A stretch of DNA of 64,000 bases, from contig DEYL01000054.1 in NCBI GenBank assembly GCA_002364535.1, positions 7,309 through 71,308 of the forward strand, in the 5' to 3' direction. The notes below the pieces were generated by a model. The model did no database searches. It was not told the origin of the DNA and worked only from the letters and a program-made list of their open reading frames with translations. This DNA is from Flavobacteriaceae bacterium UBA3159. Its GTDB lineage: Bacteria > Bacteroidota > Bacteroidia > Flavobacteriales > Flavobacteriaceae. The position numbers and the translations under genes were made by a program. Below, one piece after another: positions 27,785 to 37,127 of this stretch. Numbering within the stretch: the stretch's first letter is position 1; every line of letters starts with the position of its first letter.

Positions 27785-30700
27785 TTAAAAAGTTGCTTTT
27801 AATCCTAATGTAACGACTCTGGATAATGGATACCCAGCATAATCAACTCCTGTAGTTAATGTGTTTTCTACTTCAGAGTTGTTTGCCTCCGGATTACCTC
27901 CAGGATATTTAGTTGAATTTAAAACATTATCCGCCGATAAATATAATCTAAGGTTTTTCATACCAATTTGATTGATAGTTTCTTTATCAAAAGTATAACC
28001 CAATGTGATGTTTTTAAGTCTAATATAATCTCCATCATAGAGCCACCTATCAGTAAAATCGGGAAGTCTACCACCTTCTTCTTTAAAGTATGTCCCATTA
28101 CCAGCAGTATAAGCTTCACCTGTTGGAACCCCATTAACTGAGGGAAGTCGTCTAGCACCATTCGCCCAAATTGCCAATTGGTTTCTACCTTGTTGACCTG
28201 CATCAGCATATCTACCAAAGAACCAATAAGCCTTAAAATCTAAAATAGCAGTTGTCAATATTCTTGCATCAAAGTTTTTGTATCTAAAAGTATTTGTAAA
28301 GCCAATTATATAGTCAGGAGTATTGTTTCCTAGTTCAGTTCTATCTCCTATACCTATTACGCCGTCACCGTCTGTATCAGCTATTGCTGGGTTACCAGCA
28401 ACTGCATTTTTTATCAAAGGTCTACTTGGAGACGGATTAGAAATATCAGATTCTGAATATATGCCATCGGTTTTGTACATATAGTAACTATGAAGGGGCC
28501 TTCCAACCATTGTCCTGTGAGTTGGCTGATTTCTAGATGTTCCAATAATTTGATCTATTCCGTAACCTAGTTTAGTTACTTTATTCTCATTATTTGTAAA
28601 ATTCAATGAACTAGACCAAAAGAAATCTCCTTTGGCAATATTATTAGTGTTAAGTTCAAGCTCCCACCCCCAATTTTCAACTTCACCTGAATTTAAAACA
28701 CTTGCTTGAGTTAATCCGGTTACAGCAGGAAGCTCAACTTCTAGTAATACATCTGAGGTTACGTTTTTATAGTAATCAAGTGAACCATAAATTCTGTTCC
28801 CAAAAAAACCAAAGTCTATACCTATACCCTGAGTTGTGGTAGTCTCCCAACTTAGATCGGGATTACTCGCGGTAGAAGGAGCAAATCCATATGCCAATTT
28901 ATTACCAAATGAATAGTTAGCTCCAGAGAGTTGACCAAATGAAGAATAGGCTCCAATTCTGTCGTTACCTGCTTGACCCCAACTTGCCCTAATTTTTAAT
29001 TGGTTAATATTAGGATTATCAATAATGTCATTACTTAACCTCCAGGCAACTGATGCGGCTGGGAATATACCCCATTTATTGTTTTCTCCAAATTTTGAAC
29101 TCCCATCTCTTCTTATCGTGAAATTAAACAAATATTTATCATCGAAATTATAAACAGCTCTTCCAAAATATGATTGCAATGAAGCCTCCATTTCATAATC
29201 GTCCCATTGCCTAAAAGCAGTTGCTGCATTAAATGTTTTAATGTCATCACTACCAAAATCCCATGAATCAAGAAAAGTGTATTCCCAGTCTTGTTCTTCA
29301 GCAGAGGCTCCAACTAAAAAATCTAAATTGTGAGAACCAACCGATAAATTATACGTAGCTGTTAATTGATATAAGAATTTGTTGTCATTTCTGTGTTCGT
29401 TTCTGGCTTCTCTTCTTGCCTTTTTGTTAACCCACATCGGTTTAAACCAATCATAGGTGAAATCCTCAATGTCAAAACCAAACTGACCTTTAATATTAAG
29501 TCCCTCAATTGGCTGAATTGAAATGTAAGATGTAACCAGGGATCTTTTTCTCTTACCAAAATCCTTGATATTTAACATTTGAAGGACTGGATTTGGGTTA
29601 TCAATTAGCCCAAGTGGGTGATTTCTGTGATTAAAATCCACGGGGATAGTTGGATCTGAAACTATAGCTCGCATATAAGCACCCTCTTTTCTCTCAGCCT
29701 CTCTTCTGCCACTCTCTCTCGAAACAGTAGTAGATAAACTTAAACCAGCAGAGACAATATCATTGATGTTGTAATTTCCATTAGCTCTAAAAGAAAACCT
29801 TTCATATTTGGTATTAATTACAAGTCCATCGGTAGCATTATAATTACTCGATATCATAAAATTACCACCCTCAACTCCTTTAAAGATTGAAACCTGATAA
29901 TTTCTTCTGACAGCTTGTTGAGTTATAGCCTCCTGCCAATTTGTATCAGTAATGTCTTCTGGATTTGTATACCACCATCTTCTAGGGTGATATTTGTTAG
30001 ATCTTTCACCTACTGTTGTTCCATCATAAACTCCGCCATTATCATTAATATACCTCAGTGTCTGTCCCCATTCACGATATTCTATGTACTCTGGACCGCT
30101 AAGCATATCAAGAGTATTTCCAGGGGCAATAGCTTCCATCCCTGTGTAAAAATCTAAATCTATTTTGGTCTCACCGGTTTTAGCTTGCTTTGTTTTGATG
30201 ATAACAACACCTCCAGCAGCTCTAGCACCATAAATTGCTCCAGCAGATGCATCTTTTAATACATCAATAGATTCAACGTCACCTATATTTATGTCCCTCA
30301 TACTTTCGACAGGCATGCCATCAATAATGTACAATGGGTTTGAACCACTTGTTATGCTATTTGTACCACGTACCTTAATATTAAACTCAGATCCAGGTAA
30401 ACCCGAGGATTGCTGAGCATAAACCCCAGCGAGCTGACCAGAAAAAGCCTCTCCCAATGTCATTATAGGTCTATCAACAAGACTTTCAGTATTTAGTTTG
30501 GATACTGAGTTTGTTAAATTTGACCTTTTTGTTGTTCCATAACCAGTCAATACAACTTCATCAAGCTCATCTGACCCCAATTCTAAAGAAATATCAAATG
30601 AATCAGCATTGGATACCTCAATTTCTTGATCCATAAATCCAACATACGAAAATGTAATTACATCGGAGTTCGAAACAGATATAGAGTAATTACCATCAAA

Positions 30701-30868
30701 ATCGGTAGACGTACCTATGTCAGATCCTTTGATCACAACATTAACACCTGGCAAAGGCACTCCTTCTTCATCAGAAACATTTCCTGAAATTGTCCTTTGC
30801 GCAAATGTAAAATTGAATGTCAAAAAAAGTAAAATGACCACATAATTGTTAAAACTTTTTCCCTTCAT
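27785..30868 (-). CDS. SusC-like TonB-dependent transporter (pair 1)
   Basis: N-domain ISGNVSDEEGVPLPGVNVVIKGS...TDFDGNYSI, plug VVLTGYGTTKRSNLT and terminal ...GLKATF. No STN domain is visible. Confidence 0.9.
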   Translation of the reverse strand: MKGKSFNNYVVILLFLTFNFTFAQRTISGNVSDEEGVPLPGVNVVIKGSDIGTSTDFDGNYSISVSNSDVITFSYVGFMDQEIEVSNADSFDISLELGSDELDEVVLTGYGTTKRSNLTNSVSKLNTESLVDRPIMTLGEAFSGQLAGVYAQQSSGLPGSEFNIKVRGTNSITSGSNPLYIIDGMPVESMRDINIGDVESIDVLKDASAGAIYGARAAGGVVIIKTKQAKTGETKIDLDFYTGMEAIAPGNTLDMLSGPEYIEYREWGQTLRYINDNGGVYDGTTVGERSNKYHPRRWWYTNPEDITDTNWQEAITQQAVRRNYQVSIFKGVEGGNFMISSNYNATDGLVINTKYERFSFRANGNYNINDIVSAGLSLSTTVSRESGRREAERKEGAYMRAIVSDPTIPVDFNHRNHPLGLIDNPNPVLQMLNIKDFGKRKRSLVTSYISIQPIEGLNIKGQFGFDIEDFTYDWFKPMWVNKKARREARNEHRNDNKFLYQLTATYNLSVGSHNLDFLVGASAEEQDWEYTFLDSWDFGSDDIKTFNAATAFRQWDDYEMEASLQSYFGRAVYNFDDKYLFNFTIRRDGSSKFGENNKWGIFPAASVAWRLSNDIIDNPNINQLKIRASWGQAGNDRIGAYSSFGQLSGANYSFGNKLAYGFAPSTASNPDLSWETTTTQGIGIDFGFFGNRIYGSLDYYKNVTSDVLLEVELPAVTGLTQASVLNSGEVENWGWELELNTNNIAKGDFFWSSSLNFTNNENKVTKLGYGIDQIIGTSRNQPTHRTMVGRPLHSYYMYKTDGIYSESDISNPSPSRPLIKNAVAGNPAIADTDGDGVIGIGDRTELGNNTPDYIIGFTNTFRYKNFDARILTTAILDFKAYWFFGRYADAGQQGRNQLAIWANGARRLPSVNGVPTGEAYTAGNGTYFKEEGGRLPDFTDRWLYDGDYIRLKNITLGYTFDKETINQIGMKNLRLYLSADNVLNSTKYPGGNPEANNSEVENTLTTGVDYAGYPLSRVVTLGLKATF

Positions 30869-30958
30869 TTTTGTAAGAATTATTTGTTTAAATTTTTTTG
30901 TGTTACCAAACTATCTTTAATTTTAAATATAGAGTAACCACCTTGCACAATATACAAA

Positions 30959-30980
30959 TTTTCTTAAATTTTTCTTAAAT
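30959..30980. repeat. Perfect 11-bp tandem direct repeat (TTTTCTTAAAT x2) in the divergent SusC / GH39 control region
   Basis: Read directly: TTTTCTTAAAT at 30959-30969 and again at 30970-30980. Confidence 0.6.
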
Positions 30981-31007
30981 GTTGTAAAAAAATTGACTTT
31001 GTTAAAA

Positions 31008-31015
31008 TATATTTG
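31008..31015 (+). promoter_or_regulatory. Candidate Bacteroidota -7 promoter box (TAnnTTTG) for the GH39-led plus-strand block
   Basis: TATATTTG matches the TAnnTTTG consensus and lies 137 nt upstream of the ATG at 31152. I found no clean -33 TTTG at canonical spacing. Confidence 0.3.
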
Positions 31016-31023
31016 TAACGATG

Positions 31024-31050
31024 GAGGTCTTTTTGTACCTCTTTTTTTTT
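31024..31050 (+). terminator. Terminator-like hairpin plus T9 inside the putative GH39 leader
   Basis: GAGGT (31024-31028), an 8-nt loop, ACCTC (31037-31041), then nine T (31042-31050). The stem is short (5-6 bp) and no plus-strand gene lies upstream. Confidence 0.3.
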
Positions 31051-31151
31051 AATTTCTCTTGTGATGACCTGTTTTAGATCATGATAGGATTTTAGAGGAT
31101 TCTATGGAATTATTGATGAAATTTACTTGAAGCCTTAAATAGAGCATAGAT

Positions 31152-32777
31152 ATGAGGACTACGGTTTTAATATTTTTAGTGATGACTTGCCTGGTAAAAG
31201 GGCAGAAACCTGAGACTACTTTTACCATTGATGCAGGGGAAGTAGTAGGTGAAAACACAGAATTTTGGAAAGCTGCCGGTTCCGACCATCTGTTTTATCA
31301 TGTGACACGTCCATCGGGACAGTCATTGCTTGATAGAATGGAAGCAACAAAATCGCATAAGTTTTTACGAACGCACCACACTTTTGTTCAGGATAGGAAA
31401 AAAGGGGTGCTGCGTGGACAAAATGTATATTCAGAGGACAAAAACGGTAACCCTGTTTACGATTTTTCAAATGTGAATAAAGTTTTTGGAGAATATGTAA
31501 AACGAGGTTTAAAGCCTGTTGTTGAGTACGATTATCTGCCCAAGCAATTGGAAAACAAAACCAATGAAGGCTCAAATGGAAATGACGAGGGCATGAAAAT
31601 GAAAAATATGGGCCCTAATGATTGGAAGAAATGGTCTGACCTTATGAAAGCGGCTACCCAAAATTTTATCGATGTATTTGGTGCAGAAGAAGTTCGAACC
31701 TGGTACTTTGAAGTATGGAACGAACCCGATGGCTGGCCTCTAGACCAAATGGATGTTTTTTACAAAATGTATGATATTTTTGTGGATGCAGTCACTTCGG
31801 TTAATAATGAGTTTCGTGTTGGAGGGCCTGCTTGTTACCATGAATATTTTCTACGCCCTTTTTTAAACCATGTGGTTAACGGAACCAATCATGTAACAGG
31901 AAAAAATGGAACCCGTATTGATTTTATTTCTTATCATATTTATGGCTTATCCGGTAAATGGTTAAACTCTGAGCCACATATTCAACCAAAGGTTCAGCGT
32001 TTTTCGCAATCTATACTTTGGTTAAAACGCTTAATGAAAGATTTCCCAGAGTTAAAAGGTACCGAGTTCCATATTAACGAGTGGGGAATGTCTTCTAATT
32101 TTTATAGAACGGTTGAGGACCATCCTGATTTGGTTTATCGTAATAATGAAGAATCCCCTCTTTTTTTAGTGAAATTAGTTAACTCCTTGTACCAAATAGA
32201 AGATAAACACAATTTTCCAATTTCCATATTGTTGTATTGGGGATTTTGTGGAGAAGCAGATTCCAACGAGGTTTTTGCAGGAAAGCGCGAACTTACTATT
32301 GCAGGAAACATTCCAAAACCCATTCAAACAGGATTTGAAATGCTTGCTCAATTAAAGGAGAAGCGAATTCAAGTATCACGTCAGAAAAAGGACAGCCGTT
32401 TTGGCGTATTAGCTACAAAATCAGGTAATGGAGAAATGGCACTTATTACTTATAATTACAACGAGACAGATAGAGCAGGCGAGAACAAGGAGAAAGTGAC
32501 CCTGCAATTTACCGGTTTAAAACCAAATTCAACATATCATGTTGAACAAACCAAATTAGACCAAAACAATAATAATACCTATTCAGCCTGGGAAAAAGCA
32601 GGAAGTCCTGCATCTTTATTAAAAGCTGAGATCGCAAAACTAAAGGATTCTGCCTCACTGGATTCAAGACGAAAAGAAGATTTTGTTGCGGATAATAACG
32701 GAAATGCAAAAGTGGAAATTGACATGGCCACACACACTATGCAATTGCTGAATATTAAAAAATCACCACACTTTTAA
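31152..32777 (+). CDS. GH39-like clan GH-A glycoside hydrolase
   Basis: Has a signal peptide. YFEVWNEPDGWP is an acid/base-type WNEP block and EFHINEWGMS is a nucleophile-type NEW/TE block. The ~540 aa length is typical of GH39. Confidence 0.6.
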   Translation: MRTTVLIFLVMTCLVKGQKPETTFTIDAGEVVGENTEFWKAAGSDHLFYHVTRPSGQSLLDRMEATKSHKFLRTHHTFVQDRKKGVLRGQNVYSEDKNGNPVYDFSNVNKVFGEYVKRGLKPVVEYDYLPKQLENKTNEGSNGNDEGMKMKNMGPNDWKKWSDLMKAATQNFIDVFGAEEVRTWYFEVWNEPDGWPLDQMDVFYKMYDIFVDAVTSVNNEFRVGGPACYHEYFLRPFLNHVVNGTNHVTGKNGTRIDFISYHIYGLSGKWLNSEPHIQPKVQRFSQSILWLKRLMKDFPELKGTEFHINEWGMSSNFYRTVEDHPDLVYRNNEESPLFLVKLVNSLYQIEDKHNFPISILLYWGFCGEADSNEVFAGKRELTIAGNIPKPIQTGFEMLAQLKEKRIQVSRQKKDSRFGVLATKSGNGEMALITYNYNETDRAGENKEKVTLQFTGLKPNSTYHVEQTKLDQNNNNTYSAWEKAGSPASLLKAEIAKLKDSASLDSRRKEDFVADNNGNAKVEIDMATHTMQLLNIKKSPHF

Positions 32778-33171
32778 TAGGGTTATTTAAATTTAGGATA
32801 TTTCTAATGTTACAAATATTTATGAAATATTTTCATCTAATATGTAATACCTCTTTCGTAATCTTCAATATGTTTATTTGTTATTCCCAAATCCCTAGAA
32901 ATTGTAATTGGGAGTGATATCGTCTTTTAAAACATCCAATTATAAATACCAACTAAATATCCATAAAATTTTTGTTGTATTTTTTTTAGTTTTTAACTAT
33001 CTCTTCTTAATGAGAGTGTCTCTAAGTATCTTCATTATCACAAAAGAAAATCACATTCCCTTCTCCAAAACTCATACCTTAACAGGAAATTTTTTAAATG
33101 AGTTTTGGCTAAACGGATTTATAATTAATTGAAATGATAAAAAGTAGTTGAATTAAGTTAATAAATGTATT

Positions 33172-34587
33172 ATGAAAAAATTGTTGATAATGCTTGGATT
33201 TATTGGGTTATCGATATCGTGCAAAACAAAAGAAATAAACAAAATAAAAAATCCACCAAACATTGTAATTATATATGCCGATGATTTGGGCTGGGTTGAT
33301 GTTGGTTATAATAAATACAGTAAGTTTTATGAAACGCCTTTCATAGACAAGTTAGCTTCCGAAGGGTTAATTCTTGATCGTTTTTATCCTTCCGCAGCGA
33401 ATTGTGCTCCTTCAAGAGCTAGTATGATGTGTGGTATGTATACCCCAAAACATGGGGTTTATCTTCCTCAAGGTCTGTCAAGAGGGGGGGCTATTGAAGA
33501 AATGCGCTTCAAAGTTCCAACTCATAAAGCAGACTCCTCTTTTAATACATTTCCTGTTAGTATTAATCAACTAAAACCCGACTTTATGTCTTTAGCGGAG
33601 TTGTTAAATCAAGCGGGTTATAAAACTGCACGTTATGGAAAATGGCATATTGGCGAGGATAACCAAGGTTTTGAAATTAATTCTGCAAATGGAGAAAAAG
33701 GCTATGTAACTAATCGTGGAAATTCGGAGAAACGTTTTTACTCTGACACATTGGTAGCTGAGAAATTGACAACGGCATCAATTGATTTTATTAAAGAAAA
33801 CAAAAAGGAACCTTTTTTCCTTTATTTAGCACACTGGGAGGTTCATGGACCTAAAAAAGCTAGAAAAGATAGAATATCTTATTACCAGAAGAAAAAAGAA
33901 GGCTTAGGATTTTCAGAGTTTAATGCAGAATATGCTGCTGAAGTGGAACAGTTGGATGTGAGCGTAAAAAGAATTTATGAAACACTCAAATCTGAAAACC
34001 TTTTAGAGAATACACTTTTTATTTTTGCTTCTGACAATGGTGGGGTTCCAAGTAATACACAAAACTATCCTTTAAGGGAGGGAAAGGGCACTTTTTATGA
34101 AGGGGGAATACGCTCCCCATGTTTCATCTATTGGAAAGGTGTAATAACAAAAGGACGAGTTTCTGACCAACCTATCAATGGAGTAGATTTCATGCCTACA
34201 TTTGCAGAAATTTCAGGAGTTGACATAGAAAAAGATAAATTTGATGGAGAATCTATTGTTCCTCTAATTTGGGGAAAAGATTATAAGAGGGTTAAGCCGA
34301 TATTCTTCCATTTTCCGCTTTACCTTGGAGGTGAAGGGCTACCATCATATAAAGGAAAAGAAAATTATTGGAGAGCCGTTCCTTTAACTGTTGTAATGAA
34401 AGATAAATGGAAATTAATCAAATATTATGAATATGATAAAGTTGAGCTTTATAATTTAGATGAAGATATATCAGAAACCAAAGACCTGTCAGCAATTGAC
34501 ATCAAAAAAAAGACAGAACTATTGAATCAATTGAATCAATGGGTAAAAAAAATAAATGCACCTGTTCCTCGTATTTTTAATGAATAA
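33172..34587 (+). CDS. S1 sulfatase (Cys-type), lipoprotein
   Basis: Lipobox SISC. Motifs seen: VIIYADDLGWVD, SAANCAPSRASMMCG, GKWHIG, FASDNGG. Confidence 0.9.
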   Translation: MKKLLIMLGFIGLSISCKTKEINKIKNPPNIVIIYADDLGWVDVGYNKYSKFYETPFIDKLASEGLILDRFYPSAANCAPSRASMMCGMYTPKHGVYLPQGLSRGGAIEEMRFKVPTHKADSSFNTFPVSINQLKPDFMSLAELLNQAGYKTARYGKWHIGEDNQGFEINSANGEKGYVTNRGNSEKRFYSDTLVAEKLTTASIDFIKENKKEPFFLYLAHWEVHGPKKARKDRISYYQKKKEGLGFSEFNAEYAAEVEQLDVSVKRIYETLKSENLLENTLFIFASDNGGVPSNTQNYPLREGKGTFYEGGIRSPCFIYWKGVITKGRVSDQPINGVDFMPTFAEISGVDIEKDKFDGESIVPLIWGKDYKRVKPIFFHFPLYLGGEGLPSYKGKENYWRAVPLTVVMKDKWKLIKYYEYDKVELYNLDEDISETKDLSAIDIKKKTELLNQLNQWVKKINAPVPRIFNE

Positions 34588-34866
34588 ATAATAAAGCTAG
34601 TGGGCTTAGTCACTTAAAAATAAGTTGCCATTCGGTATCGTTCTGTTTGATTAATTTATTTGGATAAATTTGGAAGAGTTTTTTAATTCATCTATTGATT
34701 CTTAGCCAAATAGTTTAGAGTAGATTTTCAGTTGATATTTAGATATTAATTATTAAATTGTCTTATTAAACATTTTAAGTCTTCTCTTTAATAATAACAT
34801 TGGGAGTCAGATTTTCAAGATAAATAAGTGATCTGCTTAATTAAATAACTAACAAAATATAATAAA

Positions 34867-35535
34867 ATGAAAAAATGTATTTTGATGTTTGCAATAATTC
34901 TATTTGGCTGTTCAGAACCAAATAAAGAACCTCCAAAAATATTAATTATTGGTGATTCTATTTCAGGAGGATATTTTCCATTTGTTCAGGAAAGTCTAAA
35001 AGGGAAAGCAAAAGTTTTTCAGCCATCTTATATTGATGATAACGGAAAAACTAAAGGGTGCTGCGGAGGAACTACTCAGGGATTAAAAGAAATAGACTTC
35101 TTTTTACGCAACAAAAAATGGGATATTATTCATTTTAATTTTGGTTTACATGATATTAAGCATATAGATCCAGTTACTGGAAAAAACAGTAAGAACTTAA
35201 GTCATCCCCATCAGGCTTCACCTGAAGAATATGAAAGAAACCTTATAGAAATTATCAAAAAATTACAACTAACTGGAGCTAAACTTATTTTTGCTACGAC
35301 AACTCCCTATCCCGATAAATTAGGAAAACAGATGCGTTCTCCAGGAATGCCCAAAATATATAATCAAGTTGCGCTCAAAATAATGAACAATAATCAAATT
35401 ATAGTTAATGATTTATATAGCTTAGTTTTACCTAAGATTAGTGAGCTTCAGATACCTAATAACGTTCATTTTAAGGAAAATGGGAGTAAATTTTTAGCAG
35501 ACCTGGTTGTAAAATCTATTATGGAGTCATTATAA
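34867..35535 (+). CDS. SGNH/GDSL-family hydrolase (probable carbohydrate O-acyl esterase), lipoprotein
   Basis: Lipobox LFGC. Block I is ILIIGDSISGGYF and the glycine/Asn block is HFNFGLHD. The C-terminal NNVHF sits where the DxxH block is expected. Confidence 0.7.
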   Translation: MKKCILMFAIILFGCSEPNKEPPKILIIGDSISGGYFPFVQESLKGKAKVFQPSYIDDNGKTKGCCGGTTQGLKEIDFFLRNKKWDIIHFNFGLHDIKHIDPVTGKNSKNLSHPHQASPEEYERNLIEIIKKLQLTGAKLIFATTTPYPDKLGKQMRSPGMPKIYNQVALKIMNNNQIIVNDLYSLVLPKISELQIPNNVHFKENGSKFLADLVVKSIMESL

Positions 35536-35615
35536 TCAAGATTTTAAATGACTAATTGGGCAAACTAAATAGTTTATTAAAAATTGCTTGAAGATGCCTA
35601 GTTTATGATAAATGA

Positions 35616-37106
35616 TTATTTGAAATAAAATTCCGGGGTTACCTTTTCCAAGGCTGGCATCAATGAATCAACTGTTTTTTGGTGATCAAATGCTATATTT
35701 ATGTTTTCCTCAGGATCAAATAAATGATCGTATAATTCTATTTTTGGTTCTTCTTTCCTAAAAAATTTTGTCAAACGATAACGATCAGATTTCAGACTGA
35801 CCCCATTTTTCCAAAAACCAAATGCCCGGTTTCGATGGTTTGATTTTCCAGTTTGGATTAATTCCACTAAACTTTTTCCGTCTAGTTCGTAGGGCTTAAC
35901 AATACCGCAAAAATCCAGCAATGTAGGATAAAGATCAACTGTCTCCACGATGGTCTTGATTTCTTTTGAAGCGTGATTTACTCTAGGTAGTTTAACAATC
36001 AGTGCACTTTTAAGGGATCGCTCAAAGAGGCTGTGTTTGCCCCACTTTCTATCGTTTCCTAAATGCCATCCGTGATCACCCCATAAAACAATCAGGGTAT
36101 TTTTATCCAAATCAAGAGCCTTAAGCTCTTTCAAAAGTTTGCCTATAAGATGGTCTACATAGCTAATAGATGCATAATATCCGTGAATCAATTTTCTTGC
36201 ATAGTCATCCGAAACGGGCTTTTCAAGAGTTGGCTTTTCGTCTGATAATTTATAATTGTAAAACTCCCCCATTTTTCCAAGGCTTTTAGGATGAACGTTT
36301 TTAGGGATAAGGGGATCTGAAGCAATTGGAATTAATGACCTTTCGTATAAATCCCAATATTTTTTTGGAGCATTAAAAGGCAAATGAGGTTTGAAAAATC
36401 CCACACCCAGAAAAAATGGTTTATTTTCTGCTTTTAATTTTTTTAATTCCTTAACTGCGCTATTTAAAATTAATCCGTCAGGATAACCATTATCAGCGAT
36501 GTCTATGCTTTCATAGGGTTTCACCAGTCCATTTAAACTCTGACGATTTTCTCCATTGGCATAAGCAAAAAAAGCATTCCATCCGGTTTTCCATTTGCCA
36601 GGATTGAATATAAAACGATCCCAGCTGTGTGGCATTTCTTTTACATCCGAAGGTTTTTCTTTATATCCATATACCAGTCCATCTACAGAATGACTCAGTT
36701 TACCTACACCAACAGTTGTATATCCATTTCTTCTAAAATGATGTACTATGGATTCTGGTTGATCTTTTTCATCTTGATTAGCCATTTCACTGTAGAAGGC
36801 CCGATTATCAATATGAATTTTTTTTCGTGGGCGAAGCCCTGTCATTAGACTGTAACGAGATGCTCCACATGTGGGAACTTGCACGTAGTGTCGACTAAAA
36901 AAACTCCCCTCTCTTGCCAATTGATCTATGTTGGGGCTTTTAACAACTTGATTCCCATATATCCCAAGTTCAGGTCTTAGGTCATCAACCGCTATAAAAA
37001 GTACATTTGGGGTTTTAAGCTTTGAAACTTGCCTTTCAGATTCACAAGCAATTACTAAAAGGAGTAAAGAGATTAAAATCCATTTATTTTTTAAAATAAA
37101 TACCAT
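35616..37106 (-). CDS. S1 sulfatase (Cys-type, Ala variant of the motif), lipoprotein
   Basis: Lipobox VIAC. Motifs seen: FIAVDDLRPELG, VQVPTCGASRYSLMTG (C-x-A-x-R), WGDHGWHLG. Confidence 0.9.
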   Translation of the reverse strand: MVFILKNKWILISLLLLVIACESERQVSKLKTPNVLFIAVDDLRPELGIYGNQVVKSPNIDQLAREGSFFSRHYVQVPTCGASRYSLMTGLRPRKKIHIDNRAFYSEMANQDEKDQPESIVHHFRRNGYTTVGVGKLSHSVDGLVYGYKEKPSDVKEMPHSWDRFIFNPGKWKTGWNAFFAYANGENRQSLNGLVKPYESIDIADNGYPDGLILNSAVKELKKLKAENKPFFLGVGFFKPHLPFNAPKKYWDLYERSLIPIASDPLIPKNVHPKSLGKMGEFYNYKLSDEKPTLEKPVSDDYARKLIHGYYASISYVDHLIGKLLKELKALDLDKNTLIVLWGDHGWHLGNDRKWGKHSLFERSLKSALIVKLPRVNHASKEIKTIVETVDLYPTLLDFCGIVKPYELDGKSLVELIQTGKSNHRNRAFGFWKNGVSLKSDRYRLTKFFRKEEPKIELYDHLFDPEENINIAFDHQKTVDSLMPALEKVTPEFYFK

Positions 37107-37127
37107 TTTTTTAAAACTTTTAAAAAA

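Noticed and set aside
32908-33132. A 74-aa ORF in the long spacer before the sulfatase gene at 33172.
   Set aside because: It has a non-ATG (TTG) start and lies in very AT-rich sequence. The translation is a Phe/Ile/Asn-rich low-complexity string. The region is more likely regulatory or spacer DNA.
35536-35615. A possible bidirectional terminator at the convergent junction (AAACTA-aa-TAGTTT).
   Set aside because: It has a 6-bp all-A/T-rich stem with a 2-nt loop, which is sterically and energetically implausible. I make no terminator call.
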